DNA of 64,000 bases, taken from assembly GCA_963665845.2 (NCBI GenBank), contig OY762492.1:2464001-2528000 (forward strand). Direction: 5' to 3'. This document shows, in pieces, positions 56,197 through 64,000 of the stretch. Source of the DNA: Candidatus Poribacteria bacterium (GTDB lineage Bacteria; Poribacteria; WGA-4E; GCA-2687025). A program made the translations under genes and the position numbers. Every line of letters starts with the position of its first letter. Position 1 is the stretch's first letter. Below the pieces are notes generated by a model. That model was not told where the DNA came from. It made no database searches and worked only from the letters and a program-made list of their open reading frames with translations.

Positions 56197-56773
56197 GGGA
56201 ACTACACGTTTGACTATGTAAGCGGATTGCGCTACTCTAAAGGAAGATTGAGAAAGGAAATTCCAATGCGGTCTACCAGTATCTACGAGATCTTTGAAAA
56301 ATATCCCGATGAAAAAAGCGCCGCCCGATTCTTTGAAGAAAGCCGATGGCCGAACCACATCTGCTGCCCCCGATGCGATTCCAAAAACATCGCCCGAGTG
56401 AAAAACGCCAAACCGATGCCGCTCAGATGCCGAACATGCCGCAAGTATTTCAGCGTCCGCACGGGAACCGTCATGGAGAAAAGCAAAATCCCCCTGCATC
56501 TATGGCTTCTGGCGCTCTACTTGCTCCTGACGTTTAAGAAGGGCGTATCGAGCGTTACGATGGGAAAGCTACTGGGCATAAGGCAAGACTCCGCATGGTC
56601 CCTAGGCCGCCGCATCCGAGCCTCGATGGTAAACGACGACGAAATGCTGAGCGGAACCGTGGAGATAGACGAGGCCTACATCGGCGGCAAAGAGAGTAAT
56701 AAGCATCGCAGGAAAAAGCTGGGCGTCGGAAGCGGAACCCGCGGCAAGCAGACCGTGATCGGCATGCGTCAAA
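56197..56773 (+). mobile_element. Truncated IS1595 copy (left TIR + 5' part of transposase)
   Basis: GGGAACTACACGTTTGA TIR; near-identical to the first copy up to GMRQ, then repeat DNA. Confidence 0.9.
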
Positions 56774-56815
56774 ACTCCCCCTTGAAAAGGGGGCTGGGGG
56801 GGTTTTAGCCTCGCG

Positions 56816-57415
56816 CTATGAGCCGTCCATCTCCGCGGCGAGGCGTTGGGCGAGGGCGTGGTCTTCAGGCGCGTTCATGTTGAAGAGGCGGCGCGCGTCT
56901 TCGCCTTTCAATAAAACGCGGTTGAGGCGAAGGCGGCGGGCGGCGTTGCGCGCGGCGAGATCCCCCTCCCGCATCATCGCGCGGAAGACATGCTCCGCCG
57001 ATTTTCGATACGCGGCGCACAACGGCTCTATCCCGCGGTCAGTTTCGGCGGCGGCGGCGTCCGCGTCTTCGAGGCGCGACGCGATCCGCTTCAACAGCTC
57101 CCCCGTTAAAAAAGGCATGTCGCAGCCGACCGTCAAGGCGGCGTCCCCGCGCATGGCGGAAAGCCCCGCCGCAATGCCCCCGACGACGCCAAAACCAGGG
57201 GGATCGTCCGGCGCGACTCGAACGCCGTAGACCTCAAACCGCTCCGGACTCCCCCCGACAATCAGCGTCTCGAACGCGCCCGCTTCGTTCAGCGCGTTCA
57301 GGATGCGCTCCATAACCGGAACGCCGCCGACCGCCAGCTCCGTTTTATCGCGCCGCATGCGCCGGCTTTTCCCGCCGGCGAGAACGATTCCGCTCAAACC
57401 TCCTAAACGGCGCAC
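56816..57415 (-). CDS. mobA: Molybdenum cofactor guanylyltransferase
   Basis: GIVLAGGKSRRM..DK, GCDMPF, EPLCAAY, FNMN.PED. Confidence 0.9.
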   Translation of the reverse strand: MRRLGGLSGIVLAGGKSRRMRRDKTELAVGGVPVMERILNALNEAGAFETLIVGGSPERFEVYGVRVAPDDPPGFGVVGGIAAGLSAMRGDAALTVGCDMPFLTGELLKRIASRLEDADAAAAETDRGIEPLCAAYRKSAEHVFRAMMREGDLAARNAARRLRLNRVLLKGEDARRLFNMNAPEDHALAQRLAAEMDGS

Positions 57416-58164
57416 AGATCATGAGCCGCCTGAAGCGCGGAGAACAGATCGCCCTTCGGAATGAACTCATGACCCACATAGCCGTCGTAATCGGTCTCGG
57501 CGACAGCGCGCATGATCGGCGGATAATAGATCTCCTGCGTCTCATCCATATCGTTCCGCCCAGGGTTGCCCGCCGTATGAAAATGCCCGATGTAGTCGAT
57601 GCTGTCCCGTATCGTTCTGATCAGGTCGCCCTCCATGATCTGCATGTGGTAGATGTCGTACAGCAGCTTCACATTCGGCGAGTCGACCTTCTTGCACAGC
57701 TCCACGCCCCACGCGGTATGGTCGCATTGGTAGTCGGGGTGATCCACCTTGCTGTTGAGCAGTTCGACGCAGACAACGATGTTTTTCTCTTCCGCCAGTT
57801 TTTTGACGCGGTTCAGCCCCTCGGCGCAGATGTCGATGCCTTCGTCGTCCGGCAGTCCGTTTCGGTTGCCGCTGAAGGCGATGAGCGACGGGATACGGTT
57901 CTGCGCCGCGATTTCGATGTTTTTGGAGAGTTCGTCTTCGATGCGGTCATGGTTCTCCAGCTTGTTGAGTCCGTTTGTGAGCGTTCCATGTCCGCCGACG
58001 ATGGCGATCTCCATGCCGGCGTCGTGTATGAGGGGCCAGACATCCGGCCCGCTCATTTCAACGGAGCTGTACCCCATCGCCGCCGCTCTTTTGATCAGGT
58101 CGGCATGGTCGATTCCGCCGCGCGCGGCGCACCACCAGACGACCGACTGCTTGATTGCAGGCAT
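57403..58164 (-). CDS. Hydroxypyruvate isomerase family protein, paralog 1
   Basis: ELLNSKVDH, LLYDIYHMQIMEGD, HFHTAGNPGR, VGHEF. Confidence 0.88.
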   Translation of the reverse strand: MPAIKQSVVWWCAARGGIDHADLIKRAAAMGYSSVEMSGPDVWPLIHDAGMEIAIVGGHGTLTNGLNKLENHDRIEDELSKNIEIAAQNRIPSLIAFSGNRNGLPDDEGIDICAEGLNRVKKLAEEKNIVVCVELLNSKVDHPDYQCDHTAWGVELCKKVDSPNVKLLYDIYHMQIMEGDLIRTIRDSIDYIGHFHTAGNPGRNDMDETQEIYYPPIMRAVAETDYDGYVGHEFIPKGDLFSALQAAHDLCAV

Positions 58165-58190
58165 TGTTCGCGCTCCTCTTTCTATGCGCG

Positions 58191-58952
58191 TCAGACGTTG
58201 CAGGTGTCGTAGGCGGCTTTCATGGCGGCGAGCGGCTCGCCCTTCGGACCGAACTCATGACCGACGAAGCCGTCGTAGTCGGTGTCGGCGATGGCGCGCA
58301 TGACAGCGGGGTAGTAGATCTCCTGCGTCTCGTCCATGTCGTTTCGCCCAGGGTTGCCCGCCGTGTGGAAATGCCCGATGTAGTCGATGCTGTCCCGTAT
58401 CGTTCTGATCAGGTCGCCCTCCATGATCTGCATGTGGTAGATGTCGTACAGCAGTTTCACATTCGGCGAGTCGACCTTCTTGCACAGCTCCACGCCCCAA
58501 GGGGTTCGGTCGCACTGGTAGTCGGGATGGTTCACCTTGCTGTTGAGCAGTTCGATGTTGATCGTGACGCCTTTTTCTTCGGCGAAGCCTTTGACCCTGT
58601 CCAGCCCCTCGGCGCAGATGTCGATGCCTTCGTCGTCCGGCAGTCCGTTTCGGTTGCCGCTGAACCCGATGAGGCCTGGGATGCCGTATTCGGCGGCGGT
58701 TTCGATGTTCCGTTTCAGCTCGTCTTCGATGCGGTCATGGTTGTCGCGCCTGTTGAGTCCGTTCGGAAGCGAACCGTGTCCGACGACGCATGCGATCGAG
58801 AGTCCGGCGTCAATGACCTTGTTCCAGTGGTCGCGCGGCAGCATTTCAACCGACTTGTAACCGATCTCGGCGGCCGATTCGATCACCTGTTCAGCCGAGA
58901 CGCCTTGTCGGGCAAAGCAGCCGAAACAGGCGGACTGTTTGATGGCGGGCAT
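58191..58952 (-). CDS. Hydroxypyruvate isomerase family protein, paralog 2
   Basis: Same motifs; upstream minus-strand TTGACA-17-TAAAGT at 59000-59028. Confidence 0.88.
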   Translation of the reverse strand: MPAIKQSACFGCFARQGVSAEQVIESAAEIGYKSVEMLPRDHWNKVIDAGLSIACVVGHGSLPNGLNRRDNHDRIEDELKRNIETAAEYGIPGLIGFSGNRNGLPDDEGIDICAEGLDRVKGFAEEKGVTINIELLNSKVNHPDYQCDRTPWGVELCKKVDSPNVKLLYDIYHMQIMEGDLIRTIRDSIDYIGHFHTAGNPGRNDMDETQEIYYPAVMRAIADTDYDGFVGHEFGPKGEPLAAMKAAYDTCNV

Positions 58953-59039
58953 GATGTTGTCTCCGTGAATGTATCCAGCGAATGTGTTTAACCGAAGCGA
59001 CTTTACCAGAGCGGAGCCGCCATGTCAAGAGGCGCGCCG

Positions 59040-59292
59040 CAACGGGCGGTAAAACGCGCAGGAATCTTAAGGCATCGCCGCCGCCCCGCGCGGCTAAAAC
59101 CCCCCCAGCCCCCCTTTTCAAGGGGGGAGTTCAGAAATCCCACGCCCTACCGCTGTCATTCCCGCGTAAGCGGGAATCTTAAGGCATCGCCGCCTCCGCG
59201 CGCGGCTAAAACCCCCCAGCCCCCCTTTTCAAGGGGGGAGTCCAGAAACCCCGCGCCCTAACGCTGTCATTCCCGCGCAAGCGGGAATCTTA
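59040..59292. repeat. Composite repeat cluster (two ~110-bp units)
   Basis: Alternating ccccttttcaagggggg and gtcattcccgc..gcgggaatc. Confidence 0.85.
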
Positions 59293-59347
59293 ACCTTTGG
59301 ATCCTCGTCGGCAAAATCGCATGCGTTCTGTTGACGGCAGATGGACG

Positions 59348-59369
59348 AAACGTACCATATGGTACGTTT
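59348..59369. promoter_or_regulatory. Perfect 22-bp palindrome, candidate operator
   Basis: AAACGTACCATATGGTACGTTT, overlapping TTGACG-16-TACCAT. Confidence 0.5.
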
Positions 59370-59616
59370 TGGGCGCGCGGGTCTGTTTTAGCCGCTCCTC
59401 TGCGTTTGACGCGCCGGGCTAGCGCTGGAGCGGACTGACGCGGATTCGCAGGCCGGTTACATACGATTCTTGTTGCGGATGCGTCTTGGAACGATTATTG
59501 CTAATATACTGAAGGTCGAAGCCTGGACTCTGCAACGCTCGCGGATCCAATCGATCTGGTGAGAAGCAGCAAGCATTTCAAACCACAAAAAATCAAGCAA
59601 AAGTAAAGGAGCGGTC

Positions 59617-60531
59617 ATGAAACACCGCAGGTTCCTCATCGGCAAAATCGCATGCGTTCTGTTGGCGGTCGGCTGGCTGCTGCCGCTCAACGGATGCAAC
59701 AGGTGGGCGGACGATACTGAAGATGAAATCGAACGGCGCGACTTGACGGATCGGCATGCCAACGGGCTGAGACCCGAAGATCAAACGCCCCGCTACCGCC
59801 CTGCGCCGGACGCTTCGGAATCGTTGATTGAAGGCGGCGCGCCCGCTCTACAGCAGAAAGAAAATAACGCCTTTCAACCCACCTACGACTTCAAGACATG
59901 GGAAGATGCCATGGACGCCTACGCGTATCTGGTCGGTCTTGAATACGAGCAGGTCAAGAAGGAGGGTCTGAAAACGAAATGGAATCGACCGCCCAGTCCA
60001 AAAATCGTCCGCGCTTTCATGGCGCATGAAGCTGCAGGAAGGGTGTTTAAACAGACTTACGAGGAAAATAAGAACCCTGAGTTAAGCGCCGCTATGGATC
60101 CATTTCTCGAAGATATCCCGGAGTCCGCATGGCGGGGGGAAAATCTTTTGGCGCGCATCGGCAAGCTGCCCGCCTCCGATCTGCGCAACGAGATCAAGCT
60201 TCCGAACGGCAAGATGTACGATCTGAAGGAGAATACGGAGCTGGTCGTGAAGTTCCAAAGGCCGGGTCAGCTCAGCGAATCGGGCAAGAGGAAGCTGGCG
60301 GCGTTTCGAGAGCGGGAGAAGGAGCTGCTGCGCCAGCTGGACGGTTCCCCGTCCGAAAGCGAGAAGGCGTCCCTGACCGAGGAGCTGGAATGGGCGCGCT
60401 CGGAAATTGAAACCCTAAGCGGCAAAGGTCCGCTGTTCGATTTCGTTCGGCGGTACGGGTTGGGCGATCCAAGCGATCCTGGCTATAAGGTGATCGAGAT
60501 GGATCTGGGCGTCATTGAGCGGCGCGATTGA
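59617..60531 (+). CDS. Hypothetical lipoprotein
   Basis: AAGGAG RBS; lipobox LNGC; no family recognised. Confidence 0.7.
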   Translation: MKHRRFLIGKIACVLLAVGWLLPLNGCNRWADDTEDEIERRDLTDRHANGLRPEDQTPRYRPAPDASESLIEGGAPALQQKENNAFQPTYDFKTWEDAMDAYAYLVGLEYEQVKKEGLKTKWNRPPSPKIVRAFMAHEAAGRVFKQTYEENKNPELSAAMDPFLEDIPESAWRGENLLARIGKLPASDLRNEIKLPNGKMYDLKENTELVVKFQRPGQLSESGKRKLAAFREREKELLRQLDGSPSESEKASLTEELEWARSEIETLSGKGPLFDFVRRYGLGDPSDPGYKVIEMDLGVIERRD

Positions 60532-60599
60532 GGCTCCGCCTGTCGGCAATGCCTACATGCGGCGACCTTCGTTTTTACGCGGCGGCCGATCCATGCCTT

Positions 60600-61085
60600 A
60601 AGATTCTTACGTAAGCGGGAATCTTAAGGCATCGCCGCCGCCGCTAAAAACCCCCCTAGCCCCCCTTTTCAAGGGGGAATCGGATGCGCCTTTTCAAGGG
60701 AGAGTCCAGAAACCCCGCGCCCTACCGCTGTCATTCCCGCGTAAGCGGGAATCTTAAGGCATCGCCGCCTCCGCGCGCGGCTAAAACCCCCCAGCCCCCC
60801 TTTTCAAGGGGGGAGTCCAGAAAACCCCCGCTCCCTCATAGCCTGCCCCCGTGAAAACGGGGGTCATTCCCGCGTAAGCGGGAATCTTAAGGCATCGCCG
60901 CCGCCCGCGCGGCTAAAACCCCCCCAGCCCCCCTTTTCAAGGGGGGAGTCCAGAAAACCCCCGCTCCCTCATAGCCTGCCCCCGTGAAAACGGGGGTCAT
61001 TCCCGCGTAAGCGGGAATCTAGAGGCGCCGCCGAAACCGTCCGCGTTCCCATGCCGACATGTCCCAACTATAGACGTAAGGTCAG
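60600..61085. repeat. Composite repeat array (133-bp period) ending in a half-MITE
   Basis: gtcattcccgcgtaagcgggaatc at 60730, 60863 and 60996; ends ..gacgtaaggtcag. Confidence 0.88.
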
Positions 61086-61104
61086 AGAAATCGCCTCCCG
61101 TGTT

Positions 61105-61746
61105 TCATTGGCGCGTTTTTTTGGCGTTTTTTCTTGCCGCTTTTTTTGCCGCCTTTCGTTGTTTGGGAGTCATCTTTGCCGACTGCGGTTTCACTGGACG
61201 CAGCACCGCCGCCACCAGTTCATCGAACTTCCCATAATACGGATTGGTAATCTCGATCTCGCGCTGTTGGAACGCGAGGTCGTACTTGCCGACGATAATG
61301 TGTTCCAGCTCTGTTAAAACGGCGCGCCCGTTTTCGTCCTCAAGCGCCAGGTATTTCTCATTGACGAGCTGGACGATGCCTCTGACGGTCTCCTCTTCGT
61401 CCGGATTTTTCGCTTTTCGGCGGCGCAGGCTGACAGCATGTCCGGCCGCCCGCCGAAAATCGGCCGGAGTACGGAGCGGGCGGTCCAGCCCAGGCGACGC
61501 CACCTCCAGCGATCCGCGCTCATCCAGAATCCCCTCCGCCTGCAAGAGCGGCTGCGCCATTTTATGCGCCTTTTGACAATCGCCGATGGTCGCCCCGCCC
61601 TCGCGGTGAATGAACAGCTGAACCGTCGACCCGCGCCGATGGCGGTTCCACACCGCGTCCACCAGCTCGTACCCGTTCGCTTCCAGCTGCGCGCCGCACG
61701 CTTTGGCGATGATTTCCCGCGCCTCCTCTTTCGTCAAATGCTGCAT
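61105..61746 (-). CDS. rimP: Ribosome maturation factor RimP with a basic C-terminal extension
   Basis: GYELVD, VQLFI..GGATIGDC, LEVASPGLDRPL..DF.R. Confidence 0.88.
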   Translation of the reverse strand: MQHLTKEEAREIIAKACGAQLEANGYELVDAVWNRHRRGSTVQLFIHREGGATIGDCQKAHKMAQPLLQAEGILDERGSLEVASPGLDRPLRTPADFRRAAGHAVSLRRRKAKNPDEEETVRGIVQLVNEKYLALEDENGRAVLTELEHIIVGKYDLAFQQREIEITNPYYGKFDELVAAVLRPVKPQSAKMTPKQRKAAKKAARKNAKKTRQ

Positions 61747-61857
61747 ATGAAAGCCTTTCTTGATGAATGAGAATGCGCATACGATACGCGATGAAGGCGG
61801 CAGTTGCAAGCGGCGCTCTTTTCGGCGACTCTATACGAACGGCTTGGAGAACGCGCT

Positions 61858-63036
61858 ATGAAACCGATCGCCGCTGTCGTCACCGAATACCGATACCTGT
61901 CGCATGCGCAGGTGATCTGCGACCGCTTTTTGTCCGGCTATGCGCTCAACGGGCAGCCGATGCGGACGAACGCCCAGATCGTCTCCATGTACGTCGACCA
62001 GTTTCCCGACAACGATCTGAGCCGAGAGCGCGCCGAACGTTTCGGCTTTAACATCCATCCCACGATACCCTCCGCGCTGCGCAGCGGCGGACATGCGCTC
62101 GCCGTCGAAGGCGTCCTGCTCATCGGCGAGCATGGAGAATACCCGAAAAACGAGCTGGGGCAGACGCTTTATCCGCGGCATGAGTTCTATCGGCAGATTG
62201 TCAAAACATTTCAACAAGATCAGCGAACCGTTCCCGTCTTTGTGGACAAGCACCTCTCATACGAATTTGAAAAAGCGGAATGGATGGCGCGGGAGGCGAG
62301 GCGCGGCAACTTCGCCCTCATGGCGGGCAGCTCCATACCGGTCGCCATACGGCTTCCCGCCCTGGAGCTGCCGCTTGAAAGCGAGCTGGAGGAGGCGCTG
62401 GTTGTCGGATACGGCGGGCTGGACAGCTACGATTTTCACGCGCTTGAGGGGCTTCAATGCATGACGGAGCGGCGGCAGGGCGGCGAAACAGGCGTTCAAG
62501 CGGTCGAGTATCTGGAAGGGGAGGCGGTGTGGCAAGCGGGGGACGAGGGGGTCTGGTCATGGGAGCTGTTGGAGGCGGCCGTCTCTCGGTCAGACACGCC
62601 GCAGGGAAACGCCGTGGAGGACGGGCGCCCCGAAAATGTTGTCGGGCTGGGTTATGCGCGGGAGCTGGCGAAAAATCCGACCGCTTACATTCTCCATTAC
62701 GCGGACGGGCTTCGGGCGTCTATGTTGATGCTGAACGGGTTGACGACCGATTTTCTGTTTGCGGCGCGTCTGCGGGGGGAGCCGGCGCCGGTCTCGACGC
62801 AGTTTTTTTTGACGCCGACGCCGGGCGTTCACCATTTCAGCGGTCTTGTTCATAAGATCGATGAGATGTTTGAAACGGGGGCGGCGCCGTATCCCGCCGA
62901 CCGGACGCTGCTGGTTTCGGGCGTCATGGAGGCATGTTTGAAGGCGCGGCATGCGGGCGTTCGGCGGCTTGAGACGCCGGAGCTGCTGAAAGTTCAGTAT
63001 CAACCCTCCGTCGAGTCGCATTTCATGCGCAGTTAG
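61858..63036 (+). CDS. Conserved hypothetical protein (oxidoreductase-like fold suspected)
   Basis: SMYVDQ.P..D, GVLLIGEHGEYP.NE.GQ.LYPR, PVFVDKHLS, MAGSS. Confidence 0.7.
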   Translation: MKPIAAVVTEYRYLSHAQVICDRFLSGYALNGQPMRTNAQIVSMYVDQFPDNDLSRERAERFGFNIHPTIPSALRSGGHALAVEGVLLIGEHGEYPKNELGQTLYPRHEFYRQIVKTFQQDQRTVPVFVDKHLSYEFEKAEWMAREARRGNFALMAGSSIPVAIRLPALELPLESELEEALVVGYGGLDSYDFHALEGLQCMTERRQGGETGVQAVEYLEGEAVWQAGDEGVWSWELLEAAVSRSDTPQGNAVEDGRPENVVGLGYARELAKNPTAYILHYADGLRASMLMLNGLTTDFLFAARLRGEPAPVSTQFFLTPTPGVHHFSGLVHKIDEMFETGAAPYPADRTLLVSGVMEACLKARHAGVRRLETPELLKVQYQPSVESHFMRS

Positions 63037-63135
63037 CGTTGGCATTCATGTTTGCAATGCGCGCCAAAGTAGGCTAATCTGGTACGCAGCAGCATGGGCG
63101 GGGTGTGAAGCAGAGGTTCGCAGGAGGATGCCGCG

Positions 63136-64000
63136 ATGGACTTGTTCGACAAATGCAGCCAATTTGAAAAATTCCTTCAATCGTACGAAGCCATCAAGCA
63201 TGGAGCCTACCCGTACTTTGTACCCAACAGGGCGGTCAACCCGTCCGAATCGATCATCGAAGGCGAAAAGAAAATCATGATCGGTTCCAACAACTACCTC
63301 GGATTGACGCACCATCCCAAAGTTTTAGAAGCGGCAGCGGCAGCCGTCCAAAAATACGGCAGCGGATGCACAGGCAGCCGCTTTTTAAACGGAACGCTGG
63401 ACCTCCACGTAGAACTGGAGGAGCGGCTTGCCGAGTTTGTCGGCAAACCCGCAGCTCTGCTGTTCAGCACAGGCTATCAGACGAACCTCGGCGTTCTCCA
63501 CGCGCTCCTAGACCGCAAAGCGACCGCCTTTTTAGACGCCGACAGCCACGCATGCATCGTGGACGGCGCGATGGTTTCCTTCGGCAAAATGACGCGGTTC
63601 AAGCACAACGACATGGACGATCTGAAAGCGAAACTGGACCTCGCGGATGAAAAAACCGCCAAACTGGTCGCCACCGACGGCGTCTTCAGCATGAGCGGAG
63701 CCGTCGCCAAACTGCCCGAACTGATTGCCGCTTCCAAACCGAGCGGCGCGCGCATTCTGGTGGACGACGCGCATTCCATCGGCGTCCTGGGCGACACGGG
63801 AGCCGGCACCGCCGAACATTTCGGCGTCACTGACCAGATCGATTTGATCACCGCTACCTTCAGCAAGTCGTTCGGAAGCATCGGCGGATTTGCGGCGGCA
63901 GACCCGTCCGTCATCAACTTTCTGAAACACAACTCGCGCAGTTTCATTTTTAGCGCCAGCCCGCCGGCAAGCGCTACGGCGACCGTTCTCGCCGCGCTGA
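63136..64000 (+). CDS. Alpha-oxoamine synthase family PLP enzyme (serine palmitoyltransferase/BioF-like), 3' partial
   Basis: My translation: MDLFDKC..YPYF, GSNNYLGL, GSGCTGSRFLNGT, DGVFSM, VDDAH, TFSKS; AGGAGG RBS. Confidence 0.88.
   Translation, partial: MDLFDKCSQFEKFLQSYEAIKHGAYPYFVPNRAVNPSESIIEGEKKIMIGSNNYLGLTHHPKVLEAAAAAVQKYGSGCTGSRFLNGTLDLHVELEERLAEFVGKPAALLFSTGYQTNLGVLHALLDRKATAFLDADSHACIVDGAMVSFGKMTRFKHNDMDDLKAKLDLADEKTAKLVATDGVFSMSGAVAKLPELIAASKPSGARILVDDAHSIGVLGDTGAGTAEHFGVTDQIDLITATFSKSFGSIGGFAAADPSVINFLKHNSRSFIFSASPPASATATVLAAL

Overview
GC-rich bacterial window. It is probably Candidatus Poribacteria or a similar sponge-associated lineage; this is inferred from the WD40/TPR/LamG/PhyH/DUF1501 content and a recurrent C-terminal SV[DE]PxGKxxxxWxx[LI]K tail on secreted proteins. 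Housekeeping genes (miaA, argJ-argB, mqnC, trpD, a Ser/Ser/Arg-tadA-Ser tRNA cluster, split glutamate synthase, mobA, rimP) alternate with sugar/oxygenase enzymes and tandem paralogs. Intergenic DNA is filled by two palindromic repeat families, a ~170-190 bp MITE with 7-bp target duplications, and two IS1595 copies that both sit in the loop of one repeat family. Candidate undescribed systems: (i) a TPR-antitoxin fusion coupled to a RelE/ParE-like toxin, with a paralog that lost both antitoxin tail and toxin; (ii) an ECF sigma factor + soluble anti-sigma-like/double-FHA protein + TPR-metallopeptidase operon; (iii) a shared C-terminal sorting-like motif on five secreted proteins; (iv) repeat-targeted IS1595 whose right-end DNA is homologous to the unusual RimP tail; (v) a DUF4365 operon ending in a microhomology-deleted methyltransferase-HNH gene. 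All calls come from reading motifs by eye; no database searches were run.
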